Shown here: piece by piece, positions 1-15,585 of the stretch
Numbering within the stretch: the first letter of the stretch is position 1
Layout of the letters: every line of letters starts with the position of its first letter
From: the human T2T-CHM13v2.0 reference genome, Homo sapiens
Strand: one strand, 5' to 3'
Assembly: GCF_009914755.1 (NCBI RefSeq)
Contig: NC_060930.1
DNA length: 64,000 bases
Made by a program: the position numbers and the translations under genes
Notes under the pieces: model-generated
What the model saw: the letters and a program-made list of their open reading frames with translations, nothing else
Databases searched by the model: none
Told to the model about the DNA's origin: nothing

Positions 1-90
1 AGCTTGCAGTGAGCCGAGATCGCGCCACTGCACTCCAGCCTGGGCGACAAAGCGAGACTCCGTCTCAAAAAAAAAAAAAAAGAAAGAAAA
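1..90 (+). mobile_element. Alu 3' end and A-tail (AluY-like), cut by window start
   Basis: GCTTGCAGTGAGCCGAGATCGCGCCACTGCACTCCAGCCTGGGCGAC...GTCTC followed by poly-A. Confidence 0.95.
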
Positions 91-1159
91 TGATTCATTT
101 TCCCCACCAATACTCCCTGCAGCCTGTTAAGGTCAAAGCCTCTGGTGGAGGCTGCACAGGTAGTGATATGGGAGTATTGATAACTGTTCTTTCTTCCCCA
201 GTGACTGGTATGGGCCTTCACTGGAATATTTCTCTCTGTCAACTCTGTGCACGGGGTTGAGTCCTGGCCATGATAGTATGAATACTGTCATTCAAGTTTC
301 CCCTGGCCTTACCAGACTGTACAGATAACAGGAACCACCCCAACTCAAATTTCCCTGGTTTTTTCCATAGCCTGGGGATGGTGGACCTTTAATACCCTGT
401 AAGGTATCTTTCAAATATTTCTTGAGGTCCCTACAAGGTGTCTCCCAGGTACTGCTGCATAACATCCCTCCTCTAAGCTGGCCCATGGCTTCTCCTGGCC
501 ACTGGCTGGCCAGCAGTGTCTCCTGTTTGCCCCTTCCATGTACTTCCACAGCTGAGGCTCAGGAAAGCTGCAGATGTCCAAGTGACACGGCATTCTCTTT
601 TAAGTAGGAGGAGCGCTTCCTTCCCCTACCCCCTCATGCCAACCACAATGAGGACACCCAGCACTGATGCCCAGCAATGTGGCTTCTGCTCCAGTATATT
701 ACAGAGTTCGAATTCAGAATTTCAGTTTCCCTTTGTAGGCTGCTGACTGCTCAGAGGAGGTAGGCTTTCATTCTTAAATATGTACTGATTGCCTGCTCTG
801 TGTAGATGCCTACAACGTGCACAGGGATGAGTGAAACCGCCAAGGACTCTGACCATGAAATTTTCAGCCTAGTCATGGAGAAAGATGATGACCAAGAAAT
901 AAAAGCAAATAAATACACAACCACAAATTGAGATAAGTGCTATGAAGGAAACAGGCAGAGAGGTGTGAGAGAAAATAACAAAGGAGCTACTTTCGATCAG
1001 AGGGTCAGAAAAGGTCTCCAAGCTCATGACAGTTTATAATAATAACTATTAATAGGACATATTAGAAATCCAGACTTGGAAAAAGGGAGGGGAGGGGTTT
1101 TTAGAAGAAATTTATTGGGGAGGATGGGGGTGGTACAAAGAGGAGGAGGAGTTAATATT

Positions 1160-1365
1160 TTGAGACATTACTATGACCCAGTAACATTCTAAGAACTTTA
1201 CACATGTTATATTCTTTAATCCTAACACAACCCTATGTAGGAACTACTGTTAACCCTGCTTAACAGAGGTATAAGATGAAGCACAGAAGGGTTAAGTAAC
1301 TTGCCCTTGTCACACAGCTACTAAGTGGTGAAGGCAGAATTTGAATCCGAGCAGTTTCAGACCCT
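1160..1365 (-). mobile_element. MIR SINE fragment
   Basis: MIR core-like GAAGCACAGAAGGGTTAAGTAACTTGCCC...GTCACACAGCTACTAAGTGG...ATTTGAATCC; edges approximate. Confidence 0.7.
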
Positions 1366-2328
1366 AAGGAAGAAAAGACTTTGGATTATTTTAGCAACTT
1401 AAAGACCAGTGTGACTGAAATGGAAAGGAAAACGGGGAGGGAAATGGGAGAGAAATGGAGTTGGCAAAGCAGGCAGGGCCTAGAGCATGCATGGAAAGGT
1501 GGTCATATTTCATCCTCAGAGAGTGTCATGGCTGATTAATTAATGCTGCTCCAAAGGAACAATACTGTTCTGAGGAGCCAGCTGTGGTCATGAAAATAAT
1601 GATCACCTCTATTACTTTCTTAGGCTGAGGTATTAGAAAATGAGAGTGCTTCCTTTATGCTGAGAAGAAGAAAGGAGCCTAAGATCTTGGGGATGGAATT
1701 ACCCTCTCTGGCAGATAGGCCAACTTCATGCATAACCCAGGAAACTGCACCACTTCCCAGGACCTACCGGTAGCAACCCATTCCCTGCATTATAGAATGA
1801 CGGATGGCCAAATTAAACAGTATTCCACCAGGGGGTGAGCACTGGGTTAGTAATACAGGGATGGGGAAGGGCATGGAGAGGAACCAGTTATCAGAGTGGG
1901 CCTCTCTAGGGGACAATCTCCACTTTGGCAGGAGCCGCCTGGGGAAACGCCTGTGTTCCTGGCCACGGGCTGCAACTCACAGCCTCTCTACGTGGCTGCC
2001 TAACTGGGACAATAAATCCCTGGAGATGAAGAAGAAGCAGTGTCTGGTGTACCCACCAAGTAAACTCTGGTAAGTTATATCCACAGGAAAAGTGAAGAGG
2101 CAACAATCTCTTGATTCTTAAGGTCAGCATCTTGTTTGGTTGCTCTCTCCTGAATTCTCTTAGGAGATTCCTCCCACGCTTAGGAAATCTCAAATTTGTC
2201 CCACAAAGAATATTAACTCAGTCTAGCCTCCTAAACTGAGTCTAACCTCATCTCTAGTGACATAAACTAGGTAGAATTGGGAGGGGATTTTCCAAATTCT
2301 GTTTGCTTGCTTGTAATGGTAAACTTTT

Positions 2329-2641
<313 letters not shown>

Positions 2642-3114
2642 TGTAATGGTAAACTTTTAACCGATTAACCTGTTCTTGCTTGTCGAGTAATGTGGACATC
2701 CATTCTCCATGTTTCCCTCTCCAGCAGCCCCTCAATTTCTGTTTGGGGATACGTATGATACCTGAGAGTCTAATTCCATCTGAGTGGCAAGAAGGGAACA
2801 CGTGGCCTGGGCTAAGCCATCAGCACGTTCTATCAACCCCGGCCACAGTGACTGTGACCTAAGCCCATTTGTTCAGTGTGAGTCTCAGGATCTCTGCTTT
2901 GGAATACAAGACGAAGTTCCTCTCTCCCTCTTGGTGTATTTGAATAAGAAGCAAGAGTCATCTAGGAATCACAGAAGGAGGCTGACTTAGGATAGAGCCA
3001 ACATCAAAAAAAAAAAATAGAGTTATAAAGAGCTATGTCCTGCATGACATCATTAAGCAGAATGACTCCCCACCTCATCAAAACCCTGCTCTTTCCAGGG
3101 ATGAGAGTTGATTA

Positions 3115-3345
3115 AATTGAGCTCAACAAATATTGACAGAGTGCCTTGTCATGTGCCAGACATGGTATTGGACACTCACAATACGTTAGCGCATAAAACA
3201 GGTAAGAATCCCTGTCCTCAGGGAGAAGGAGACAGAAAATAGACAATAAGCAGAATAAGTGAAATAATAGCATGTTAGAGGAGGGTAAGTATGGTGGGGA
3301 AAAGGAAAAGAAGAGCAGGTAAGGGAGATGGGACTGGGTGAGTAG
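3115..3345 (-). mobile_element. L2 LINE 3' fragment
   Basis: TCAACAAATATTGACAGAGTGCC...GTGCCAGACATGGTATTGG...CCCTGTCCTCAGGGAG, typical antisense L2 3' end; edges approximate. Confidence 0.55.
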
Positions 3346-3524
3346 AGCTGGAGATGAGGCTCTGTATTCTTTAAGGTGGGGGTCTCTCTGCTACTTGTTA
3401 TCTATTACTTGCTAATAAACCTACAACACCTTAGGACATTCTAAATACCTGTAACGTAACCCCTTTCCCCTAACACACACCCAGAGGTAAACATTTCTAT
3501 AGATTTTTTAAAAAAAGAATTTTA

Positions 3525-3850
<326 letters not shown>

Positions 3851-4969
3851 ATATTAATTACATTTGTCTAAGATTTGGCTTGGGGAGGGACGTTATATTT
3901 GAGTTCTAGATAAAGGTTGAATTCATCAGTTTTGGAAAATACATATCCACATTTTGGGGGCAGGGCACGGGAATTAAAATGTTTCCATTTCAATCCTGTA
4001 GCACTCTGACATAAATTATGCTGCTTTCCTGAAGCAGCAAGGTTCTTTTACTCCCATTGTTTTCTGCTTCTTGAAATATACAAATAATCACCTGTTTCTG
4101 TTTCCAATATTGATTTATGGAAAATGCATCAAATTAGTATTGACAATGCTTTACAACTTGAGAAGTTATATTCTGTGACTCTGATTTTCTCAGAGACCAA
4201 CTTGCAAGAACTATAATATTGTAACTGAGTCAAAAGCTGGTGAGCAAGAAGGTGAACAAGAAAGCAAGCAAGAGCAAATTAACTTAATATAAAGATGTCT
4301 CTTCCCCCAACTGTTCTGAGTACGTGGCTAGTGGCTTCCTGTGAAGGAAACACTTGGTTGGCTCTTGTCTTAGTTAAGACTGGCATTCCCCCTTTTGTAC
4401 AACTCTGCGATGCTGTGTAAAGGAAGAAACTATCACCATAGAGACTTGGGTCTCCTGCACATTCAAATGATTATCTAGGAACACTAGATAATCTGTCTCT
4501 TGCCATAGCACTTACTTTTTAGCAGTCATCTCTTCATAGGCTATACATTTTTTAAAAAGGTCCAATGCCAGACAAACTAAAGCTGTGCTCTGATAGTGCC
4601 AGAAAGACACACTTACAAACATGGCCAAATTAGCCTGGTGGGCTTTCATGCAAATGCCCTGTGCCTTTACTGTTTCAGATCTCAAGCTTTCCTTAGATGC
4701 TCAGAGTTCAACTTCAGTGAAGTTGCTGCTGAACAGAGGCACACAGAGCCAGGGGAGTGAGTGGGGAGAAGCATGGAAGCAGAAGAAGGTACTGTGCCTT
4801 CTCAAAGTCTGTGAAAAGAGACACCTGAGATCATTGGGAAACAAAAAATCTACAAATCATGGTAAGACAATTGGTCAGTACCTTTAGCAAAAGAAAACCC
4901 TCCCCTCCTGCCAAATGACAAATTAAATTATCAGTGGATGAGACTCAAGTACATGTGCACATAAATGCA

Positions 4970-5026
4970 CATACACAAGTACACGCACATGCACACACAC
5001 ACACCACACGCGCACACACACACACA
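4970..5026. repeat. Imperfect (CA)n microsatellite
   Basis: CACACACACACCACACGCGCACACACACACAC. Confidence 0.8.
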
Positions 5027-5079
5027 TAGGCAAAGAAATAAACTGTATACATGCCAAAAATAGCTGAATATTTATTTAA

Positions 5080-5730
5080 TCACTGCTGTTGAAGAGCACT
5101 GTGAGTTTGTCATGTAAGAAATCCCATGGGAAATGATAACAGACCTGACCACAGAAAAATGGTAAACTTCTGAACATTAAGAAGAGCACAGACTAAAATA
5201 CAAACATCTACATAGAAAGATCTACAGTAAAAAATAAGAGATAATCATCTAATATCTTCTGAAACATAGAGCTTATAAAAATTGATTCGAAAAACATGAA
5301 GATTTCAGAATAGAAATGGGCAAAGGACACAAGACAACTCACAATACAGCAAATATAAATAAATAAAAAACAGATGGAAAATGTTCATCTTGTTACTTAA
5401 CAAAGGCAAAATTGAAACAGTAGTAGAGTAATTTTTCTTACTATCAAGTTAGCAAAAATAATTTCTTTGCCTAATCATGTTGATAAGAGCACAATGAAAC
5501 AGGAAATCTCATAAACTGCTTGCAGGAGTATAAAACTTTCTGGAAAGCAATGTGCTGTTTCCCAAGAGGACTCTAAGGGTTTGTATCCTTTGACCTAGTA
5601 ATTCTGCTTCCAAGAACTTATCATCAGAAAGTAATTTAAAAATTCCAAAATATGGACATCATGCATAAAAGATGTTCATTTCATCATTGCTTATTAAAAA
5701 AAAAACGGAACACCCTAAATGCCTACTATT
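5080..5730 (+). mobile_element. Ancient L1 (L1ME-like) 3' ORF2 fragment
   Basis: AAATGGGCAAAGGACACAAGACAACTCACA...AAACTTTCTGGAAAGCAAT...TTTGACCTAGTAATTCTGCTTC, degenerate L1 ORF2 end. Confidence 0.6.
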
Positions 5731-6393
5731 CATTTCAATATTTTTTGAGCACCTAATATGTGTCAAACAATGAGCTAGAACAGACACCAAACACAAACCA
5801 GTTATGATTCTTATCCTTCCAATACTGGGAGGAACTGCAGGTTGGGAGGAGATATACATTGAATTAAGTAATTATTACACTTGTTACAGGAATGCATAGC
5901 AGAGGCACCTAACCAGAGGGGGGTGACATTTAAACTAACTCCTGAAAACTATGTGAAAGTAAGCAGAAGGGGATGGCAGATGAAATATTCTGATTAATAC
6001 TTCAAGAAGCAGAAACAATGGGGATAAAAGAATCTTGCCATTTCAAGGAAGTATCATAATGTGTTCCAGAAAAAGGAAACAACATATTGCAAGTCCAGGA
6101 GGAAAAAAATTTGACCTAAATTAAGAGTGTCCTCATATTTCAAAGTGGCGATGAAGAGAGTCCAAGCATCTGTTGGGAAGATGAGACCTAGCAGGAAACA
6201 CAGTGGAGTTGCTTTCCTCCTCTTCTTCTGATTAATTTCACAGGTTTTTCACATTTTTAGTTTAAATGTCACCTACGCTGGTTAAGTCCCCTCTGCTATG
6301 AACTCTTGTAGCAAATGTCATAATTACTTGATTAAATGCTTATCTCCTCCAAGACTGTAAGTTCTGCAAGGGTAAGAATTATATCTGCCTTGC

Positions 6394-6726
<333 letters not shown>

Positions 6727-7056
6727 TCAGTGTTTGACACATATTAGGTGCTCATAATGGTGTTAGGGAGTGACCCACCACCAGGAAGCACATGGGAGGA
6801 TGGCTATGTGGCAGTGTTGAGGGACACTGAATCCGAAGTGCTGGGTCTTGAATTCATCAGTAAAAACATGAAGACCTGGCCCATCAGGAGGACCCACAAG
6901 GGAATGAGGAAAGGTCATCGTGTTGGACACACATCTATGGTCTGGGCCTGTCAGGCTCCAAGGGTTGTGGTGTGTGTGCACTTGTATCTCCAAGAGAACG
7001 GGAGTGACATCCCCAAACACAAATGAGGTTAACTTTTCTAAGGAACATTGGTTAGT

Positions 7057-7419
<363 letters not shown>

Positions 7420-8112
7420 TTATCCATGCAGTGTGTTGATGAAAAAAAGAAGATAGTATGTGTTACAAATAAGATAAATATTACATAACCATTTGTAAGA
7501 TTATTTATGAAGAGTTTGTAATGATGTGGGAAAGAGGTTATGATATAAAGTTAAGCAAAAGAAAAAGTAAATGCCAATTATAAAAATAGTATATTGTTAG
7601 CTTTGCTTAAACATATATACGCACACACTATCCGCAAAAAGCAGGAATATACTTCACTCTGTAAGTGGTGGTTATCTCTGAGTGACATTTTACAGGATGT
7701 TCCCCTGCTTTTTTTTTACTGTAATGTACATTCCAAATTATTAGATTAGTATATTTACTTTTACAAATGGTGATTATACATTTTAATAGTTTCAGAATGT
7801 TAAGATCTTAAGAGACTAAGCTTAGTTCTATAGCTAGCACATAGTAGCATTGCATAAATATTATTCAATCAATTAATGAAGTCATCACTTCATCGCAAGA
7901 GTGTACACAAAGTATTAGAACTATTAAAATGTTTGTGTGTGCACCAGCCCCATCAATTCTGAACAACGCCCTATGCCCTATCTGTCATAATTATATATTC
8001 TTATTTTTGGGGTCCTCACTCCTTAAAGCAACATTGTTGTTTCCTTCATTGCTTCTCCCCAAGCACAGAAGCAAAAAAAAAAAAGAGATCATTTATTGTT
8101 TTAAAACCTTCA

Positions 8113-8118
8113 TTTATT
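8113..8118 (-). terminator. Poly(A) signal AATAAA, candidate WAKMAR2 3' end
   Basis: TTTATT on + strand, followed on - strand by a U-rich element about 30-40 nt downstream. Confidence 0.55.
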
Positions 8119-9306
8119 TTGGGATGTCACTACCAATTTTTCAGGCCTTAGACATGTAAGCATGCATTTCTACTTTTTTAGATTTTGAATCATGTAGAAA
8201 TCTAGCCAAATTAATTGAGAATACTCTATTGAATAAATCAACAACTTTACTTCCAGGGTCCTGTTAACCTAAGCTAAAGATAAAAAAGCAGCAACAAAGT
8301 GCCACTGTTATCTGGTTAAAACTGACAACTGTAAGATGTATGGATGATTTTCTACAAGTTTAGAAACAGGAAACAGTGCTTGCTGCACTTGCCACAGGGC
8401 ATATAAACTGAGAAAGTTATGTAGAAATTCAAGATCAGAGGATGAGCGCAAGGATGATCTTTGAGAACAAAACAGTGAACAGAGCCCTTTGTGGTGGCAA
8501 GCAGTGACGTGAGGTTGTGTTTATGTGAATACAAACCCTCTCCTCCCAAGTCTGGTGACTACAGTGTTTTCTTCCCACCTCGTTGTTAATTGTGGAAATC
8601 TGGCTGTCACTATTAACATATCAAACAGAGGTCTTGATATTATCTGCAGCTGATCATTTGTTTAGGTTTTACCCGCAGGAAAAGTCTGGTGGCAGCCAGT
8701 CCCAGGACAGCCACGCATGACGCACAGAAGAGTCCTTATAGTTCCCCTGGAGGGGGTGATGATGCAGGCAAATGCCACGCCTGATCCCTTTGGGTCTCCG
8801 TGGCAACAAGGCTGCTTGTCAGACTAGATGATAATGATCCATGATCTGGAAGAGGCTTATTCCATAACAGGAGGGAGGTTTCAAAGGTAACACGTCAACA
8901 GCAATGCCTCGGCAACAGCTGTTTGTTATTGTAGTCGTCAAGGACAGAAAAAGGACAAGGCTGCCAGAAGATGTTGCATATGGAACAGAAGATTCTTGCC
9001 CTGGAAGAAGGAATAGAGGAGATGTAAATATCCCTTCTTTCTTGGGGGAAGGAAATAGATGAACTGTATGCTAAGTTAGAGCCTCTCTTTATCTATAAAT
9101 GATCTGTTGGTTAAACAGGATACCTCCCTTCTGAACATCTCAGCACCCCATCAAGAGAACTTCAGGTCTCTGCCATTTAGACGTGTCATTTGTAAGTAAA
9201 ATAAATCAGGGAAGTAATAGGAGGAAAGCTAAGAATGAAAGGAATTCATCACCACTGCAAATTTGTCCCTGAAGCAAGGTGAGTCCCTGCCCATCTGGCT
9301 ACACCA

Positions 9307-9342
<36 letters not shown>

Positions 9343-9664
9343 GCCCTTACTAGACCCCACTTGGGATTTTGTTGGCATATTTGCTTGGATGTCTATCTCC
9401 TCTGTAGTTCCTGAGGTCAAGATTACAGTCTCTTTTTTTTTTTTTTAGTTTTTGTATCTATGGTGCCTGGCAAAGAAAAGAAGCTCCATCAATATTTACC
9501 AGTTGCTGGTGGCAATGGTAATGGTAGTTGTGTAGAAGGTGGGAAGGATAGAAGTATAGCTAAGTGACGGGACATTCTATTTCTACACCTTGTTTAGCTA
9601 TGGAGGTCTCTGGAACTAGCCAGGCTAGCCAAGACTGGGACTTCTTGTGTCTTCTCCAAGAGAG

Positions 9665-9850
9665 GCAGAATGAGCCTAATGGTTTAGAACGTGGGCTCTG
9701 AAGCCAGACAAGCCAGATTAGAATCCTGACTCTACTCCAAGCAGTGTGAGCTTTGGCAAGTTACATACCCCATCTGTGCCTCTGTGAGGATGAAACGAGT
9801 TCCTTAGAATGATGCCTGGTACCCCAGAGGAGCTATTCAGGTTCAATTGA
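9665..9850 (+). mobile_element. MIR SINE fragment
   Basis: GGTTTAGAACGTGGGCTCTGAAGCCAGAC...GAATCCTGACTCTAC...TTGGCAAGTTAC...CTGTGCCTC. Confidence 0.65.
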
Positions 9851-10500
9851 CTCTGTTTCTAGTATTACTGCTCAACTTAGGAAGAAAAGAAGTGCAGAAG
9901 AGGAGAGGCTTTTGCTTCAAATTTTGAGTTTCACATTTAACCTTGCAGTTTTATCCCTGGGGAGCTTCTGCCTGGATGGAGGATGAATCTGGTATCTAAG
10001 CTCCTCCTTAGGGCTGTCATTTAGACCAGTGCCAATCCCTAGGAGTGCTTCTGATTTCCTGCTTATCTCCTACAAATGTACAGTTAAGTCAATTCAAAAG
10101 AAAAGATAAATGGTCCAAACAAATCCATTGTAGCATACTGTAATTCACTGTCCATGGGGCAATTCATTTGCCCTTGAATTATTATTATCTTCCTTACCTG
10201 ATGTGCTTGACACTTATGATCTTGAACCATGCTGGGCACCATGGCAAATTTTGATATTTGATATCAAATATCAAAATATTTGATATTTTTTCCTTGATGC
10301 TTTTGAAGACACCTCCTCCATAACCACGATCAGTGACCAACACTCAAAAGGCTGAGGGGAACTGAAGCCAAGTTAGGGAAACAATGTAAATGCCTGGCTG
10401 GTTAACACGTGGATATCCAAAGAGTTGTTGGGTCTTCTCACCTCTACCCTCATCTGCCGTGAGCACACAGTGCTCCACGGATATATTCAAACTTGAATCA

Positions 10501-10837
<337 letters not shown>

Positions 10838-11462
10838 TTATGAAATGCACTCTTGAAGCCAATGAAATAAGGTCATCCATAACTATAAACCAGCAGCTAA
10901 ATATTACGTAAGCATGGGACTTGGACTCTATTTCATTTAGACCACCTGAAGCAGGTTCTCTTGGAACTGCAAAACAAAAGAAGAGAGAGAAAGAAAGACC
11001 ACCATTGTGATGGTTTCCAGATAGGCCTAATCAAAAGGTTGAAAATTTCTACCAAGAATATTAAGTCATTACAGCAGGTACCTTTTCTAATTAAAATTGT
11101 ATTCCCACTGCATGGCTGCATCCTAATAAACTGAGAGGCATCAGCTAGCTACCTTATCTTTCATACCAGCTGTAAGTATGCTGATATACATATGTATATT
11201 ATATTTGTATTATGTATAATATCTATATGCTATATGTATATATAAAGTATAGCCCTTAAAAATTATTTCAAAGTCACACAATCATCTGAGTCACACAAGC
11301 ACATAGAAAAAGAGATAAAGGTATGTTATGTAACTCACCTCCTGTATCCAGATAAGTCTTCAGTCAAACAAATACAATTATTTGATATTTTTTCCTTGAT
11401 GCTTTTGAAGACACCTCCTCCATAACCACAATCAGGAACGGTCTGTATTTCAGCAGTCAGGA

Positions 11463-12298
<836 letters not shown>

Positions 12299-12356
12299 CG
12301 CTTGCCAATGTTAGGGAGTTGTTTTTAAGGTCAAAAGTAAATTCCTATTGTTAAAG

Positions 12357-12539
12357 CAGTGGTTCTCAAAGTGTGGTCCCCCAGATCAGCAGTGTCAGCA
12401 TCACCTGGAACTTGTTAAAAATGCAAATTCTTGGCTTTATCACAGGCCTACTAAATCAGAAACTCTGGGGGTGGAGCCCAGTGATCTGTCTGAACAAGCC
12501 TAGGTGATTCTGATGCAGCTGAAGTTTAAGAACTGCCGT
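12357..12539. mobile_element. MER5A hAT-Charlie DNA transposon
   Basis: CAGTGGTTCTCAAAGTGTGGTCC...AGCATCACCTGG...AATGCAAATTCT...ATCAGAAACTCTGGGGGTGG...AGTTTAAGAACTGC. Confidence 0.85.
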
Positions 12540-12609
12540 GTTCGTGGTTGTCTAACATGTTTGGCCTCAATGTATAAAAAGAGTTCTCCTCAGTGCCCAT
12601 CTATTAAGC

Positions 12610-12750
12610 CAGTGGTTCTCAACTCTGCTGCATTTCATGAATACCCACGCCCAGGCACCATCCCCAGAGACTGATATCACTGCTTTGGGAGGGTGTCTTA
12701 CTGAAAAGTTCCCAGGTGGTTCCAAGCCTAGACAGGGTTAAGGGCTCCTG
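12610..12750. mobile_element. MER5-family fragment
   Basis: CAGTGGTTCTCAAC terminus...CCCAGGTGGTTCC...CAGGGTTAAG. Confidence 0.6.
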
Positions 12751-13362
12751 CCCTGGCCCTCAGCTAAGAGAAGTCTCCCCTCTTCTACTCATGCTTTCCA
12801 CCCTTGTAAGCTCTCCTTCCTTTCCCCCTTGGCCTTTGGAAGAATGGATCAATCAGTAGCCTGGTTTCTTAGAAAACATCAAAGAAGATTTAATGCTACA
12901 GAACTTCAGATTGGTAATAGCCATAAAGGTCAACTAGTTATGTGGTTTTAAAAGTTTTTTTGAGCAGACTCTTTCTTCAAAGGAAATCTTTATGGGGAAA
13001 CCCAAACCAATACAGAAAAAGAGAGAAAACCGAGCTGCCCTGAGTGAAGGGGAAGGGACTTGAGGTTGCTTCTGGTCCTCCTGACACTATCTAGCCATCA
13101 CTGGGCTAGTTCAGCCTTCCCAGTCAATGGTTGTCCACCTTCTCCTTGATCATTTCCAGCATCAGGGGCTCCTCCACTTACCACGCCACTTCCATTTCAG
13201 TACCAAGCATCAAAGCTTTCTTTCTTTTGAGCCCCCATTGGCTTCCCCATCACTTCCTATCACTAATACAGCTCCTTTCCTGGTGTTAAAGAAGAGAGAT
13301 AGAGAGCCTTTCCCATAAAAAGCCTCTTTTTATTTCATGATTCAGGCACCCTGCTCCCTCAA

Positions 13363-13517
13363 CAGTGGTTCTCAACTGGATTGTGCATTAGAATCAACCA
13401 ATGCACTTTCAAAAGTCTCACTGCCCAGGATACACCCCAAATCAATCTGGTAGTGTCTTTTCAGGTGGACCCAGGTAGACAAGAACCACATGCAGCCTGG
13501 CTGGGGACTGAGCACCT
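13363..13517. mobile_element. MER5-family fragment
   Basis: CAGTGGTTCTCAACTGGATTGTGCATTAGAATCA terminus. Confidence 0.6.
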
Positions 13518-15399
13518 TTGTCAGAGCCTCTCCCCTCACCCCCAGGCCAACAGGGCCACCCTCTTTCCTGATGATTGACACTACTCTGAACCTCCTCATC
13601 ATTCCATCTGCTCCCTTTAGAGAATGCTCCATTATCCGTATCAAAAAGTAAGTCATAGTGGCACAATTTTCACAAACAGTTTTTATACAATGAAGGTAAA
13701 AAGTTTAAGTGCTGGGTTGATATAATACCAAATTCTTTCTTTCTCAAGTTAATTAGAATAAAAAGACACCTATTTGCTTCGTGACTCAACAATCCAACTT
13801 CTACTCCCATGTCCCCTTTCCCCTATACTGGAAAGATTGTACAAATGCTCCTACCTTTCCCGGAGCAGAAGTGTCTCACAGCTAGTATCCCTGCTCTGCC
13901 CTTGTTAAATGAGAGGTAAATGATGTGATCATTTTTTTGTGACTGCCTTAAGCAACTCCACCCAGATGGCCTGGCTGTTTGTTTGGTGAAGATTTCTCTC
14001 TCCTCTTCTGCCCCCTCTTTCTGACCCATTAGTCAGAAAATAACTGGGCTTTGCAAATGTAGGTTGTGTAAGTTGTCAGGTTCACCAGCCTCCAAATGGC
14101 CTGTCCCAAATCCTCTTAACCAGTATTTCCGGAATGAAGTTAAGATCATGCAGGCCATTAGCCAAGGAGTTTAGCTAGAGAGGGTGGGGTGAAGCACAAC
14201 CCATGCTTTGAAGTATCTGAAACACTCACCAGCCAATGACAATTACTTGTCTCCACTAGGCTGAAGAACATATTTCAGTTGTTCCTATCTCCACTGAAAA
14301 ACTTGCCTCCTATATATGACATGACTCATAGTCATTAAGTCCAACGTGGAACGCAAAGAGGTTACTGTTTTCCTAACCATTGTATTCGAAGTCTCAGTCA
14401 GCTCAACCAACTGCTCCAAGTTGCAGAACATGGCTGAGGTAAACATGGAATTGTGCTGAGAGTTTTGTCTTAAACTCATGCCATCCATCTTCAGTTGGAC
14501 CCTCGATTCTCTCTTATAATCATTTTTCTTTTCCTTACTAAACTTGATACTCTATGCCCCACAATAGTGTTTCAGAACTTCCTTCCAAAGTTTGTTTTCA
14601 CATCTTTAAAATAAAGATAATCATAGCATCTACTTAGTAAGGCTGTTCTCAGTATTAAATCAAAGGATAGGCGTAAAGTTCAAAACATATGACATAAGTA
14701 CCTAATACATGCTGTTACTATTATTATATATGTTATTATCTATGCTAATATTATATGACATGAATAATGAAATAACAAAATAATATTTTCTACTCATCTC
14801 AAAGTTACGAAACTTTTTTAGTGTCAGCTATATGCTAGTTATCCTGTTAACATGACACTTTGATATACAGCCCCTAAGATCCCAACTCCCTTCCACTCTC
14901 TTTCCCTCATCTTATTGGCCTTCTTTCTTACTAAGATCAAGGCAAGTCCATGGAAGCCCCTCAATATTCCCCTGCATCTCAGAATTTCTCCATGTCATCA
15001 AAGTTCCTGTTTTTCTTTCCTCTTCTCTCTGAAGGCCATCTCTGCTCCACTCCACAACCCTGGCCCTTCTCACACTAAGTATGGTGCCCCAGGGAGGATT
15101 TCCCCTTCAGCCCCACCTAAGAGATCTCAGCATGCAGCCCACAAGGTTTAAAATTGAGTCTTTACTCTTGAAAAGATTAAAACAGAGTTGAGGTGCCAAA
15201 AAAAAAAAAAAGAAAAGAAAACCTACAAGATAGCTCATAACAAGTGCCAACTGAGTCATTCAGAAAAAAAAAAAAAAAAGAGAAATGCCACTACCTTCAG
15301 CAAAAGGGAACCATTGAACTATCATTGAAAAAATACTGTTCCCCAGAGGGAAAAAATTAACTCCAAAAACTTTGTCATCATATTATTAATATTTTAATA

Positions 15400-15585
15400 T
15401 CTCATCATTTTTATAAGGCAGTTTCACAAAGTTATTTCCTTTAAGCCACTTAGAGAGGTAGATTAAGGAATATTCTGCCCATTTTACAAATGAAGAAACT
15501 GAGATGCAGAGAAGGTTTAGGAGAATTCCCAACCTGGGCAGCTAGTAAGTGCTAGAGCCAGGACTTCAATGTGGGTCTTGGGAGC
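15400..15585 (-). mobile_element. MIR SINE fragment
   Basis: CCCATTTTACAAATGAAGAAACTGAGATGCAGAGAAGGTT...GCTAGTAAGTGCTAGAGCCAGGACTTCAA. Confidence 0.7.
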
